A DNA stretch of 63,573 nucleotides, filler included, from an uncultured Methanosarcinales archaeon (GTDB taxonomy: Archaea > Nanobdellota > Nanobdellia > Woesearchaeales > CAZKBD01), in NCBI GenBank assembly GCA_964550945.1. It is 5 parts of 5 records of this genome, joined end to end, with 100 filler letters (N's around TTAATTAATTAA, not from the genome) between each part and the next. Parts side by side here need not be neighbours in the genome. Positions count along the whole stretch, not along the records: positions 40,256 to 53,378 come from CAZKBD010000053.1; 4 more parts are not named here. One strand, given 5' to 3'. The notes below the pieces were generated by a model that did not search any database, was not told the DNA's origin, and worked only from the letters and a program-made list of their open reading frames with translations. This document shows, piece after piece, positions 40,777 through 50,860 of the stretch. The position numbers were made by a program, and so were the translations under genes. How positions within the stretch are numbered: position 1 is the stretch's first letter; the number at the start of each line of letters is the position of its first letter.

Positions 40777-41038
40777 TACAAAAGTATGTGCAACCTAGGA
40801 CAGTAGTTGGTAATAATGAATCATTTTTATTTTTTTATCATCATTTATTTAAAAAATCGTTTTTGAAATCTCAAATTCAACTTGAATTTTCTCCTTGGAT
40901 TTTCACTGCAATGATAAATAATCACCATTAATTTTATAATTACAGGATGCCCTATTTATTTTAAAATAGAACATTATCTTTTGGCTTTAAACTTTTATTG
41001 GTAATGTTATTTTTAATTAACTAGAAACTGAAAATCAC
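40777..41038 (-). repeat. Dispersed AT-rich non-coding element, copy C
   Basis: Reverse complement shares ACCAATAAAA, AAAG(C/T)CAAAAGATAA, AATGGTGATTATT, CATTGCAGTGAAAATC, ACCAACTACT with copy A. Confidence 0.8.
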
Positions 41039-41085
41039 GTTTGCAAACCAATAATATTAAATAATTTGCTTAACATCCAAGAAAT

Positions 41086-41745
41086 ATGAAATACAAGTTA
41101 ATCTGTTTCGATGTTGATGGCACTTTAGTTGATAATGTGGAGTATTCCTGGGAGCTTTTCCATAACGCTTTCAATGTTGACATGGAAAGGCGAAGAAAAG
41201 CTCGTGATAAATTCTACAACAATGAAATCTCCTATCTGGAGTGGGCAGAGCACGATATCGGATTGTGGTGCGAAAAGAAGATAACAAAGCAGCAGTTTGT
41301 TGATGCAATAAAAAAAGGAAATCTTACGTTAATGAAAGGAGCGCTTGAAACATTAAACACATTAAAATCAAAAGGGTATAAGCTGGCAATAATCTCCGGC
41401 TCTTTGAACATCCTTCTGGATACTCTGCTTCCAGACTATAAAAAAATATTCAATGATGTATTCCTTAGCAAACTATATTTTGACAAAAAAGGAAATATCT
41501 CAAAAGTAGAAGCCACACAATATGATATGGCTGGCAAAGCAGAAGCTTTAAAGATAATTGCGAAGAGGGAAAAGATACCCTTAAGCCAGTGCGTCCATAT
41601 TGGCGACCATCATAATGATGTAACAATAGCAAAGATCGCAGGCCTTTCGATAGCATTTGATGCAAAAAACGAAGAATTAAGAAGGACCGCAGATGTTGTT
41701 ATTGATAGAAAGGATTTAAGGGAAGTTTTGAAATATATTGTTTAG
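41086..41745 (+). CDS. HAD-family phosphatase (phosphoserine phosphatase-like)
   Basis: FDVDGTL, IISGS, K, IGDHHND. Confidence 0.85.
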   Translation: MKYKLICFDVDGTLVDNVEYSWELFHNAFNVDMERRRKARDKFYNNEISYLEWAEHDIGLWCEKKITKQQFVDAIKKGNLTLMKGALETLNTLKSKGYKLAIISGSLNILLDTLLPDYKKIFNDVFLSKLYFDKKGNISKVEATQYDMAGKAEALKIIAKREKIPLSQCVHIGDHHNDVTIAKIAGLSIAFDAKNEELRRTADVVIDRKDLREVLKYIV

Positions 41746-41776
41746 TTAGGGTATACATAACCTTCTTTAATTTTGT

Positions 41777-42286
41777 TCATTCTTCTACTAGCTCTTTCGT
41801 TTTTTGAATAATCTTTTTCGCTAATTCAAGCTGTTCATCATAGAGGTTATCTGTGAGAGTAAGGCTCGTTCCATATTGATATTGTTCTCTTACTTTGACA
41901 GTTGTCTGTTCTTTGCTTTGTTTCTCGTCAAAGCTTGATATCTTGTCTAATAGGTTCTTGTCAAAATCAATCTTTTTATCTTCAATCAGATTATTAATCA
42001 GCGCAAAGGTACATTCTTGGTTTCCTGATTTATAGCCAAATTTTGCTGCAATCGCCAATAAACAGTGATACATTGCATAAAACACAGTACTTGCGCTAAT
42101 GTCGGAGAAATTTCCTTCCTTTAGATAAATTGTTGCTTCTAGATAATGCTCTGCTTTGCTTATATGTTCTTTAGCCTTTTCTTTATTGGGATTAGATTTA
42201 ACAAGGCCCCTATGGGTGTCAGAACCTTTTAGCTCTCTTTCGGCTTTTTTTAAGCACCATTCAACTTTATTTTTTGTGTGGCTCAT
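41777..42286 (-). CDS. HEPN-domain protein
   Basis: HISKAEHYL...FYAMYH...REQYQYG. Confidence 0.85.
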   Translation of the reverse strand: MSHTKNKVEWCLKKAERELKGSDTHRGLVKSNPNKEKAKEHISKAEHYLEATIYLKEGNFSDISASTVFYAMYHCLLAIAAKFGYKSGNQECTFALINNLIEDKKIDFDKNLLDKISSFDEKQSKEQTTVKVREQYQYGTSLTLTDNLYDEQLELAKKIIQKTKELVEE

Positions 42287-42864
42287 TTCTCAATCAAATT
42301 GATAAATTTATCTTCACCAAAAGCAACAATACCATTTATAGCATTTAATAATGCTTTGTCCCCTTTTTTGATATTCCCTTTCACATCTTTTTCAGATTGG
42401 TATAGGGGGTGCAATTTCTTTATATTTATAAGATTAATCTTTTCTACCTCTTTCTTTAATTTTGGGAATCTTTTTTGATCAGTCACCAATAAGACATCCA
42501 CATCATTAACTTCCTTTTTCCTTAAAATAGATCCAAATAATATGGCAACATCTGCACTTTTAATCTTTCTAAGTTCGTTAATCCACACTTTTACATAACT
42601 ATTAGCCTGTTCAGCTTCCATCCTTAATAGAAACTTGATATAACCTCTTACATAATCATTGGAGGTATTTAGTTGATATATTATGGCTTTTCCTATAGCC
42701 TTAGATTTCAATATGTTCTCATTTTCTAGCCTTCTAGCTATTTTAAGAGCGCCCATAGGGCTAATCCCTAGCAATCTAGCTATTTCGCTGGTGTTATGCT
42801 CTTTTTCCGGACTCTTGAATATGCTCAATACAAAGAGCATTTCATTATTTGTTATATCCCTCAT
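42283..42864 (-). CDS. wHTH + minimal nucleotidyltransferase (MNT-HEPN antitoxin)
   Basis: SEIARLLGISPMGALK; ILFGS...NDVDVL. Confidence 0.85.
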   Translation of the reverse strand: MRDITNNEMLFVLSIFKSPEKEHNTSEIARLLGISPMGALKIARRLENENILKSKAIGKAIIYQLNTSNDYVRGYIKFLLRMEAEQANSYVKVWINELRKIKSADVAILFGSILRKKEVNDVDVLLVTDQKRFPKLKKEVEKINLINIKKLHPLYQSEKDVKGNIKKGDKALLNAINGIVAFGEDKFINLIEK

Positions 42865-42903
42865 TTAAACTCCAAGTTTAAATATATAAACTACAAGTTT
42901 AAA
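42864..42903. promoter_or_regulatory. Tandem inverted-repeat operators upstream of wHTH-MNT
   Basis: TTTAAACT-CCA-AGTTTAAA followed by TATAAACT-ACA-AGTTTAAA. Confidence 0.65.
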
Positions 42904-42988
42904 TACCTTTCGGTTTTATTGTCAAATAAGAAGCAAGATGGTCCTACCGAGAATAAGTATCTAAAACTCTCTCCAAAAATTAATCTTT

Positions 42989-43714
42989 TTAACCAACCTC
43001 CCCAGAACGAATAACCTTAACAGCTTCTTCCAAAACCGCTTTATTATCATAATCTTCAATAATATTTTTCAATTGTTTCTTATTAATCTTTTTTATCTCT
43101 TTTATCAACAAAGGCATCGCCCTAATTATATTATCAACAATCGTTACATTAGCTTTCTTTGCAGTCCTTGACAATGGATTTAAATCAATAGTAATGACAT
43201 TCTTCCCCATCTTGCGCAAAGCTTCGCACCTATCACCATCTTCCAAGGGAACAAAAACAACATCTGCTTTGAAAATTCCATTTGGATTGCAATATCTTCT
43301 GTTAGACTCAATATATTTAATCAATGACTTTGTTGGCATTAAAACCTCTTTCGCTCCATTTTTAACTAACCAATCCCTGATTTTCCTTTCTCTTTCCTTA
43401 GAAGCATGGAATATATTTACTTCCAATCTAGCTGGAATAGCTTTTGACAATTGAACTAACTCCTTTGCACATAAAACAGCAGCATTCCCATTAACAGAGA
43501 TCACTGGATATTTAGCTGATAACAACATTGCTGCAGCAGCTTGAATAGCTTTCCTTGCAAATGGCTGCGTTCTTTCTTTAATCAGATAATCAAAAGCCTC
43601 TCCTCTTCCATGTGCAATAAGTCCATGGATAGAAGCAACCCCTTTATCCACCCCTTCAACTATCTTATCTCTTATCTTCAAAGAAATATACCTTGGATGT
43701 GATTTTGGTATCAT
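42989..43714 (-). CDS. Archaeal 4-phosphopantoate--beta-alanine ligase (PPS)
   Basis: IPKSHPRY, GLIAHGRGEAFDYL, VISVNGN, VPLEDGDR, IDLNPLSRT. Confidence 0.95.
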   Translation of the reverse strand: MIPKSHPRYISLKIRDKIVEGVDKGVASIHGLIAHGRGEAFDYLIKERTQPFARKAIQAAAAMLLSAKYPVISVNGNAAVLCAKELVQLSKAIPARLEVNIFHASKERERKIRDWLVKNGAKEVLMPTKSLIKYIESNRRYCNPNGIFKADVVFVPLEDGDRCEALRKMGKNVITIDLNPLSRTAKKANVTIVDNIIRAMPLLIKEIKKINKKQLKNIIEDYDNKAVLEEAVKVIRSGEVG

Positions 43715-44538
43715 AACAGATAAGCACCTTTTTTTGCAATGCTTAATCTCTTTGCTTCCTTAAATGGCTTATCGCTAAAAACAGCATTTCCCAACATTAT
43801 CATGCTTGCATTGCCCTTATTCTTTTCAATATCTTCGATTGTTTTTATAACTCTCTTATCCCTTAACAAGCCGCTGTTCAAAGCAAACTCTTTTGAAATC
43901 TTTATTACATTAGCTAGATTAATCTCTCTTTTTCTTAATTTCTTTATCTTTCTTAACGCCAGGTCACCAGCTTCATTTATCTCTATCTTCTTGCTTTCAT
44001 CAGTTATCACTTTTTTGGTCTCAAGCTCGCCAAATACCTTGTAATAGACAACTCCTTCAATCTTTAACCTTTTAGCGCGCAAAGGAAATCCTTTCCTGTA
44101 TTTTATCAAAAATCCGCCATTAAACTCTCCTGCAATATCTCCTAATCCAGTCCTGTTCTCTACTTCAGCAATATGTGCAATAATCGCTAATTTTTTATTT
44201 GATTGTTTTAAATTAAGTTCTTTATTTATCGCATAAGCAGTTGCTAATGCACAAGCTCCTGAAAGCCCAAATCCGCAGCCAAAAGGAAGCTCAGTTTTTA
44301 TTTCTATTTTGAATTGTTCATCTGTCAATTTACCTATCACAGATTCTACAGTAGGTATTGCCTTAATCCCTTTTCCGTTCAAGAAATAATTATTCATATT
44401 GTTTCTTTCAACAGAAACAGTAACACCTTTATCTACAGTAAATCCCACTCCTAAAGAATGCATCTTTTTAGGTTTTTTATGCTCTACTATCCTGAATATG
44501 CAGCTTACATTTCCAGGGCAAAAGGCTTTTGAGGTCAT
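43711..44538 (-). CDS. Archaeal pantoate kinase (GHMP family)
   Basis: AFCPGNVSCIF, LPFGCGFGLSGA, AHIAEV...TGLGD, MIMLGNAVF. Confidence 0.92.
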   Translation of the reverse strand: MTSKAFCPGNVSCIFRIVEHKKPKKMHSLGVGFTVDKGVTVSVERNNMNNYFLNGKGIKAIPTVESVIGKLTDEQFKIEIKTELPFGCGFGLSGACALATAYAINKELNLKQSNKKLAIIAHIAEVENRTGLGDIAGEFNGGFLIKYRKGFPLRAKRLKIEGVVYYKVFGELETKKVITDESKKIEINEAGDLALRKIKKLRKREINLANVIKISKEFALNSGLLRDKRVIKTIEDIEKNKGNASMIMLGNAVFSDKPFKEAKRLSIAKKGAYLL

Positions 44539-45728
44539 TTTATCATCTCAATAATCTTATTCGCAACAGCTCTTTTATCAGCAAGTCCAAAGTGAGTTAT
44601 CTTTTTATTTTTATCTATAATATAACCCTCATTCTTATCAGAGCCGAATACCTTGTTCCTGCCAACATCATTCGCAACAATTAAGTCACAATCAGCCTCT
44701 TTCAATTTATTGTAAGCATTATCAATCAATTGCTTTTCTGAAACATTATGCTCTGCCTTAAATCCAATCAGAAATATTTTTTTATTTAATTTTTTTATAT
44801 TATCGATTATCTTTATTGTTGGCTTTAATTTTAATGATATTTTTTTATCAGATCTTATTTTTTTGTCTGATTTTTCAACACTAAAATCACTTACAGCAGC
44901 AGCATGTATCAAAATGTCATTATCCCTTATTATTTTTTTAAGATTATCAAACAAATCGCTAACCCCCTTAACTTGAATATCTTTTATTTTTCCTTTTGGC
45001 TCAACATCAGTATGTCCCCTTATTAATGTGACATCAGCTCCCATTTTAGCAGCTTCTTCCGCTATCATTATGCCCATTTTGCCAGAGCTTTTATTGGTTA
45101 TAACCCTGACTGGATCAATTTCTTCAACAGTTGCTCCAGCAGTAACCAGAATTCTTTTTCCTTTCAATTGGTCTTTTTTAACCAAAATATTCTTTATATC
45201 ATTGATTATCTTGTTCAAATCTGCTAATCTTCCAACACCTTTATAGCCGCAAGCTAGCTCTCCATACTCAGGCTCAACAAAATAATAACCTGAACTCATC
45301 AGCTTCTTAACATTCTCCTGCACAATTTCATTCTCCCACATATTGGTATTCATTGCAGGGCAAATAACAACCGCTGCTTTAGTTGCCATTACAGAAGTTG
45401 TCAACAAATCATCAGCAATCCCATTGGCTATTTTGCCGATAATATTAGCAGTTGCAGGGCATATCAAAAACAAATCAGCAGAATCCGCTAGTGATATATG
45501 CTTTATTTTCTTATTATTCTTCAAATAACCCTTATAATCAAATTCCTTGTCAAACAGCTCAACCGCAATATTTTTACCAAGAACATTCTCAAAATCCTTT
45601 TTGTCAATTAAATTAAGGGTATTCTTGGTTATTATCACATCTATCTCAAAATCTTTCTTTAGCCTACTGATTAGATCAATCACCTTGTAGCATGATATGC
45701 TGCTGCTAATCCCAATTACAATCTTCAT
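44535..45728 (-). CDS. coaBC: Phosphopantothenoylcysteine decarboxylase/ligase
   Basis: PATAN, PAMN, LACG..G.GRL, TAGAT.E.IDPVR, NKSSGKMG, AAVSDF, VANDV. Confidence 0.96.
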   Translation of the reverse strand: MKIVIGISSSISCYKVIDLISRLKKDFEIDVIITKNTLNLIDKKDFENVLGKNIAVELFDKEFDYKGYLKNNKKIKHISLADSADLFLICPATANIIGKIANGIADDLLTTSVMATKAAVVICPAMNTNMWENEIVQENVKKLMSSGYYFVEPEYGELACGYKGVGRLADLNKIINDIKNILVKKDQLKGKRILVTAGATVEEIDPVRVITNKSSGKMGIMIAEEAAKMGADVTLIRGHTDVEPKGKIKDIQVKGVSDLFDNLKKIIRDNDILIHAAAVSDFSVEKSDKKIRSDKKISLKLKPTIKIIDNIKKLNKKIFLIGFKAEHNVSEKQLIDNAYNKLKEADCDLIVANDVGRNKVFGSDKNEGYIIDKNKKITHFGLADKRAVANKIIEMIK

Positions 45729-45784
45729 ACAGCCTTAGAACTCATTCTATTTTAATAAGCTTATTGTTTTAAAAGGAAAAAAGG

Positions 45785-47140
45785 TTAGTCTCTTTTCGCC
45801 ATTACATTCCTTTCGTAAGCTGCCACTTCATTAAGGTAACTTATGCCGATCGGGACATTGTGGCTAAGGCAATACATATCCCACACAGCGCCAAAAGGGA
45901 GGGTTGTTCTCTCTTCACTGATAGCTAATTTTGCCATATCACAATCAGCGTTCTCAGCACTTGCTAACACATTATACGGATCTAGATTAGACCAAAGAAG
46001 CGCTTTTCTAGTAGTACGTCCCCCTATAGCAATCATAGCAATTGGGTGTGCTCCAGGTTGGAAATAATCATTGCCATACCACACATCTTGGCTGCGTCCG
46101 CTTCTTCTGACAGAATCAGTTATTGCCCTCAACCAATCAGTTGTCCTAGCTACAAAATCAGAATCCCACTTATCGGGATAACTTATATGGGTCAAGATCC
46201 CTCTTCTTTCTTGAGGGACTAACGCTTGGTCAATCACGTCAGCAAGGTACGCCAAATCAGTCAAGTTATTGAAATGCCCGGTATCTATGCATAACAAAGT
46301 ACCTCTGCTGAGAGAATAGTCACTATAAAATTGATGGCTACCAACAACATAATTTTCAGACCCTAAGCCAAATAATTTCCCCTCAACAGCATCTATAACT
46401 AAGGGGTGTTTTTCTTTTAAACCTTCATCCAAACTAGCCCATAATTGCACCCTAGGTCCATGCCTTTGTACTCGAGCATCGAGAGCGCCATCAGGAATCC
46501 ATACATTTAATACGCATGGTGCTCCTTGTGACTCCCCCATATATTGCGCTATCCTTCGTGTAGCCTTTAATTCTTCTACCCAAAAATATCTTATAGCTGA
46601 ATCCGGACTTGAAAGCGTAAATCCAGTTTGAGCCATCTTATGCCTAAATGGAGAAGGGTTCATATGCAGATGGTATTCATTCTCTTTTGCCCATTCAACC
46701 CATTTTTGAAAATGTTTTGGCTCTCTTTCATTCCTATCCACAAATTTTCCTTCAGTGTCAGCATAAAGGTTATGCACCAACACCGCATTTGGTCCAGGCA
46801 CTAATCTTAAGGCTGCCAGTAAATCACCTAGATGCTCGTCAAGATTTCTAGGCCCTCCTTCTTTTCTTTCAGGAGGCTGTATTCCACCAGCGCTTAGCTG
46901 TGCTGGATTAACAGACGGATCAGAAACTTCATATCCACCAACACTATCTATTGCCCAACAAGGATGCCCAATTCTAACCCTATCAGTTTCTGCTATAGCT
47001 ATATCAGTATCAATACCTAAACTTAAATACCTCTCTTTAGCAGCTTCATAACTCCTTATTACCTTTGTTCCGCTCGGCACACCCTTAATTGCAAGGCTAA
47101 TACCATCTGACTTCAAAGCCTTTAATAAATTAGATTCCAT
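45785..47140 (-). CDS. rhaA: Divergent L-rhamnose isomerase homolog
   Basis: NVWIPDG, DAVEGKLFGLGSE, CIDTGHF, THIS...WDSD, LPFGAVWDMYC. Confidence 0.8.
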   Translation of the reverse strand: MESNLLKALKSDGISLAIKGVPSGTKVIRSYEAAKERYLSLGIDTDIAIAETDRVRIGHPCWAIDSVGGYEVSDPSVNPAQLSAGGIQPPERKEGGPRNLDEHLGDLLAALRLVPGPNAVLVHNLYADTEGKFVDRNEREPKHFQKWVEWAKENEYHLHMNPSPFRHKMAQTGFTLSSPDSAIRYFWVEELKATRRIAQYMGESQGAPCVLNVWIPDGALDARVQRHGPRVQLWASLDEGLKEKHPLVIDAVEGKLFGLGSENYVVGSHQFYSDYSLSRGTLLCIDTGHFNNLTDLAYLADVIDQALVPQERRGILTHISYPDKWDSDFVARTTDWLRAITDSVRRSGRSQDVWYGNDYFQPGAHPIAMIAIGGRTTRKALLWSNLDPYNVLASAENADCDMAKLAISEERTTLPFGAVWDMYCLSHNVPIGISYLNEVAAYERNVMAKRD

Positions 47141-47238
47141 ATCAACCCCTCCAACAATATTATTTCTTATTGAATCAAATGCTTATTTATATACTTTTTC
47201 AAAAAATCCGTCGAGAATTAGTGCCAAACTGGTGACAA

Positions 47239-47604
47239 CTATACTAATTTAACAATCTTATTATCATCATCAACCAGCACAGTCTTTGCTTTAAAGCTCT
47301 TTACCTCTTTCTCATCAACATTAATATAACTGATGATTACGACCTTATCGCCAACCTTTCCTTTCAAGGCAGCAGGCCCATTTAAACATATAACCCCAGA
47401 GCCTTTCTTGCCTTTAATAGTATACGTTTCTAATCTCTCACCATTCCTCAAATTAAGGACCTGGACCTTCTCTCCAACCAATATGTCAGCAGCATTTAAT
47501 AATTCTTCATCAACAGTTATTGATCCTTCATAATCCACATTAGCTTCAGTAACAGTCGCTCTGTGAATCTTCCCCTTAAACATTATGCGTTCCATTTTAA
47601 TCAA
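47239..47604 (-). CDS. panD: Aspartate 1-decarboxylase
   Basis: KGKIHRATVTEA, YEG/SITVD self-cleavage site, RLETY, CLNGPAA. Confidence 0.96.
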   Translation of the reverse strand: MIKMERIMFKGKIHRATVTEANVDYEGSITVDEELLNAADILVGEKVQVLNLRNGERLETYTIKGKKGSGVICLNGPAALKGKVGDKVVIISYINVDEKEVKSFKAKTVLVDDDNKIVKLV

Positions 47605-48364
47605 AACTAAACTCCGTTGTTGGGAACTCTCCCTTTTTTACCTCTTCTTTATAATTAGCAGCAGCTTTAGTGATCTCTTCTGCTAGGTTTGCATAATTCT
47701 TTACAAACTTAGGCTTTATCTTCTTATACAAGCCAAGCATATCATAGCTGACTAACACTTGGCCATCACAATATTGCCCTGCTCCAATCCCTATAGTGGG
47801 AATAATTAAGTTAGCAGTTATCTCTTTAGCCAACTTTTCAGGTATGCATTCTAAAACAATTGAAAATGCACCAGCTTGCTCAATTTCTTTAGCTAATTTT
47901 ATTAAATTCTCAGCCGATTTTTTATCCTTGCCCTGAACCTTAAACTCTTTAACAGTCTGCGGAGTTAACCCAATATGTCCCATAACTGGAATTCCTTCAT
48001 CAACCAGATACCCCACAATATCAGGGCAATTCTCAGGCTTCACAGCTCTTGCTCCAGCATTAATCAATTTCTTGGCATTCATAAAAGCATGCGCTTTTGT
48101 ATCATAAGTTTTGCAAGGCATATCAGCCACAATTAAGCTATTCCCAACAGCCTTTGCAACAGCGGAAACGCTTTTAATAATATCGTCCATTGTTACCTTC
48201 AATGTATTATCTTCTCCATAAACAACCATGCCTAAAGAATCGCCCACAAGAATGACGTCAATTTCAGCCAAATCAATAGCTTTTGCTATGCTATAATCAT
48301 AAGCAGTTAAAACTGCAATCTTCTCCTTGCCTTTCATTGCCTTTATCTGAGCTGTTGTTTTCAT
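47597..48364 (-). CDS. panB: Ketopantoate hydroxymethyltransferase
   Basis: LTAYD, LVGDSLGMV, VADMP, GHIGLTPQ, IGIGAG..CDGQVLV. Confidence 0.97.
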   Translation of the reverse strand: MKTTAQIKAMKGKEKIAVLTAYDYSIAKAIDLAEIDVILVGDSLGMVVYGEDNTLKVTMDDIIKSVSAVAKAVGNSLIVADMPCKTYDTKAHAFMNAKKLINAGARAVKPENCPDIVGYLVDEGIPVMGHIGLTPQTVKEFKVQGKDKKSAENLIKLAKEIEQAGAFSIVLECIPEKLAKEITANLIIPTIGIGAGQYCDGQVLVSYDMLGLYKKIKPKFVKNYANLAEEITKAAANYKEEVKKGEFPTTEFSFD

Positions 48365-48503
48365 AGTTCTAGTTAATCATTTTTCATATATAAATATAGC
48401 TTTTTTCAATATATTTATAAATAATTGCATATTTTAAGAACAATATGGATACTGTTAGAGCTCACGGAGCATAAGAATTCTTTTTTATAAATAGAGATTT
48501 AAA

Positions 48504-49490
48504 ATGAAATCTAAACCCCATTACCAGCTTAAGCCAAGCGTAGACATTTCAAAGCTTCCAAAAGTTGAAGGATATGACTTTGAAGCAAAATTCGATTTAG
48601 ATAAATTTATCGCCTCTTATTACTCTACAGGATTCCAGGCAAAAGAATTAGCCAAAGCAATAGAAATTGTCAATATCCTGATTAGGGAGAAAGTGCCAAT
48701 ATTTTTATCGTGCACGTCTAACATAATCTCCTCAGGATTAAGAGATATAATAAAATACCTAATCAAACATGATTATATCAAGGTATTAGTAACCTCAGCA
48801 GGAGGCATTGAAGAAGACATTATTAAGGCAATCGCTCCTTTTAGGATTGGCTCATTTGATGCAAAAGGAAGCATCCTTTCAGATGCAGGAGTCTCAAGAA
48901 TAGGCAATATTTATGTTACAACAGAGCATTATCTACATTTTGAGCGATTCATAAACGCTTTTCTTGAGAGAATCTACAAGATTCAAAAGAAACAAGGCCC
49001 TCTTGCGTCATCTGAAATAATTTACGAGCTGGGAAGAGAGGTTTCAAAATTAAAAAACAAGGAAGAATCAATCTTATACTGGGCCTATAAAAACAAGATT
49101 GATGTATATTGTCCTTGCATAACTGATGGCTCATTTGGCGATTTGGTTTATTTCTTTAAAAAAAGAAAAAAAGACTTCATTATTGATATCACAGCTGATA
49201 TAACCCAGATAGTTGATTTCACAATGAACTGTGAAAAGACAGCAGCAATCATTCTTGGAGGTGGAATCGCAAAGCATTACGTTTTAAATGCAAACATATT
49301 CAAAGACGGCCTTGATTATGCAGTTTATATATCCACCGCTGATTTTTATGATGGCTCTGATTCCGGCGGAAATCAGGAAGAAGCAATCAGCTGGAATAAA
49401 ATCAGCCCTAATGCGCCTCATGTTAAGGTATATGCTGAAGCTACGTTGGTGTTTCCTTTATTGGTTGCATCAACTTTTGCAAAAAAATAG
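48504..49490 (+). CDS. Deoxyhypusine synthase family
   Basis: TGFQA, TSNIISSGLR, SAGGIEED, RIGNI, TDGSFGD, LGGGIAKH, EAISWNK. Confidence 0.93.
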   Translation: MKSKPHYQLKPSVDISKLPKVEGYDFEAKFDLDKFIASYYSTGFQAKELAKAIEIVNILIREKVPIFLSCTSNIISSGLRDIIKYLIKHDYIKVLVTSAGGIEEDIIKAIAPFRIGSFDAKGSILSDAGVSRIGNIYVTTEHYLHFERFINAFLERIYKIQKKQGPLASSEIIYELGREVSKLKNKEESILYWAYKNKIDVYCPCITDGSFGDLVYFFKKRKKDFIIDITADITQIVDFTMNCEKTAAIILGGGIAKHYVLNANIFKDGLDYAVYISTADFYDGSDSGGNQEEAISWNKISPNAPHVKVYAEATLVFPLLVASTFAKK

Positions 49491-49596
49491 ATTTACTGTA
49501 ATATTAAATAATTAGCATATGTGGCTGTAAATTCTACGAAAACTTCCGGTTAAGTAGTCAACTTTTATATAATCTACTAGATTCCCTGCTTTCAGA

Positions 49597-50196
49597 ATGA
49601 ACAGCAGATTTAAAGTCCAAGGTGATTGGGAAAGATTGAGAAAAGTTTGGAACTATACAGTCCAATCAACTTATGATGCTATGATGGATGTTTACATGCT
49701 GGATATGGGCTATGGACAATGTTTATTTTTTAGGCACCCTAGGCCTAGCTCTCCAGACCTTGAAGCAAGAGCTTTCTTTAAAAAGGATAAGGGCCAATTA
49801 ACAGCTTACAACCAGCATATTATGTGGAAGCACTCATTTGCTCAAGGGGCGTGTATTCAAGATAATGAAATGGCATGGGAGGATTATGATCAAAGAGTAT
49901 TCCCTACAAGTAGGTATGCTTCTTTTATGAACTGGCTTTTACCATCAGCTTTTCCCATTTATGAACGCCATATTGTGGGGTGGTGTTTTTCTTATCCTAC
50001 CTCCCAAGAGTGGGTTACTAACAGAATCGATTTAACTGTATGTTCAACCTTTGTTGAAGTGGATTCAGAATTCAGGAAATTCCCTATTTTAGAAGAATTG
50101 CTTCATCAGAGGCTCAAAAGTTATGATTTAGCAATCAGTCGTCGCGCCTCTGCTAGTCCTCCCGTATATGATATAGGTGATAGTGGAACTTTATAA
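49597..50196 (+). CDS. Hypothetical protein
   Basis: 199-aa ORF with a TATA-like sequence upstream. Confidence 0.55.
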   Translation: MNSRFKVQGDWERLRKVWNYTVQSTYDAMMDVYMLDMGYGQCLFFRHPRPSSPDLEARAFFKKDKGQLTAYNQHIMWKHSFAQGACIQDNEMAWEDYDQRVFPTSRYASFMNWLLPSAFPIYERHIVGWCFSYPTSQEWVTNRIDLTVCSTFVEVDSEFRKFPILEELLHQRLKSYDLAISRRASASPPVYDIGDSGTL

Positions 50197-50345
50197 ACTG
50201 CCAGTATATTGCTCCAGCCCATTGGACAACAAATTATGTAATTGAACAATCAGAAGCTCAAGATTTTATTTTGTTCAGTTTGTTTAGCAGTAGGTTCAGA
50301 AAAGCATATAAACTATAGCATTCTATAGCTAACTGGGGTGATAAT

Positions 50346-50825
50346 ATGAAATTCGCAGAAAAAGAGTTCAAAGATTATTGGAAAATAATTAAAATATCTA
50401 CCTACATTCTAATTGCATGGAGTCTCGCTGCTCTAATCGTAAGCAAAATATCTTTCTCATTATACCTGACAATCTTTTCAGCACCAGCAAACTGGGCTTT
50501 AACAATTGTAGCATTTGCCTTTATTGGCTGGACAGCTATAAAAGATTATAAGGGAACAATAAAGATTGCAGCATGGGCAGGCGCTTTAGCTGGCATAATC
50601 GTAGGCTTTGCTGGTGCCCTAATTGGAATACTCACCTTTTACCTTGTTCCAGAGCTAGTAGAGTATGCAATCACGCAGGCAGCTGCTCAAGGAGTTCCTG
50701 CAGATACTATAAGGGGTTTCATGTCAATTAGCATTTATGTTGGGTTAGTTACAGGCCCATTAATAACTAGTTTAATTGGGGCTGCATTATCTTCTATTGC
50801 AGCTTTGATTGCGAAGAAAGTATAG
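50346..50825 (+). CDS. Four-TM membrane protein
   Basis: Hydrophobicity pattern; GGGGTG RBS. Confidence 0.75.
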   Translation: MKFAEKEFKDYWKIIKISTYILIAWSLAALIVSKISFSLYLTIFSAPANWALTIVAFAFIGWTAIKDYKGTIKIAAWAGALAGIIVGFAGALIGILTFYLVPELVEYAITQAAAQGVPADTIRGFMSISIYVGLVTGPLITSLIGAALSSIAALIAKKV

Positions 50826-50860
50826 AAACTTTATTATATTCTTCTTATTTCTTTTTCTTT

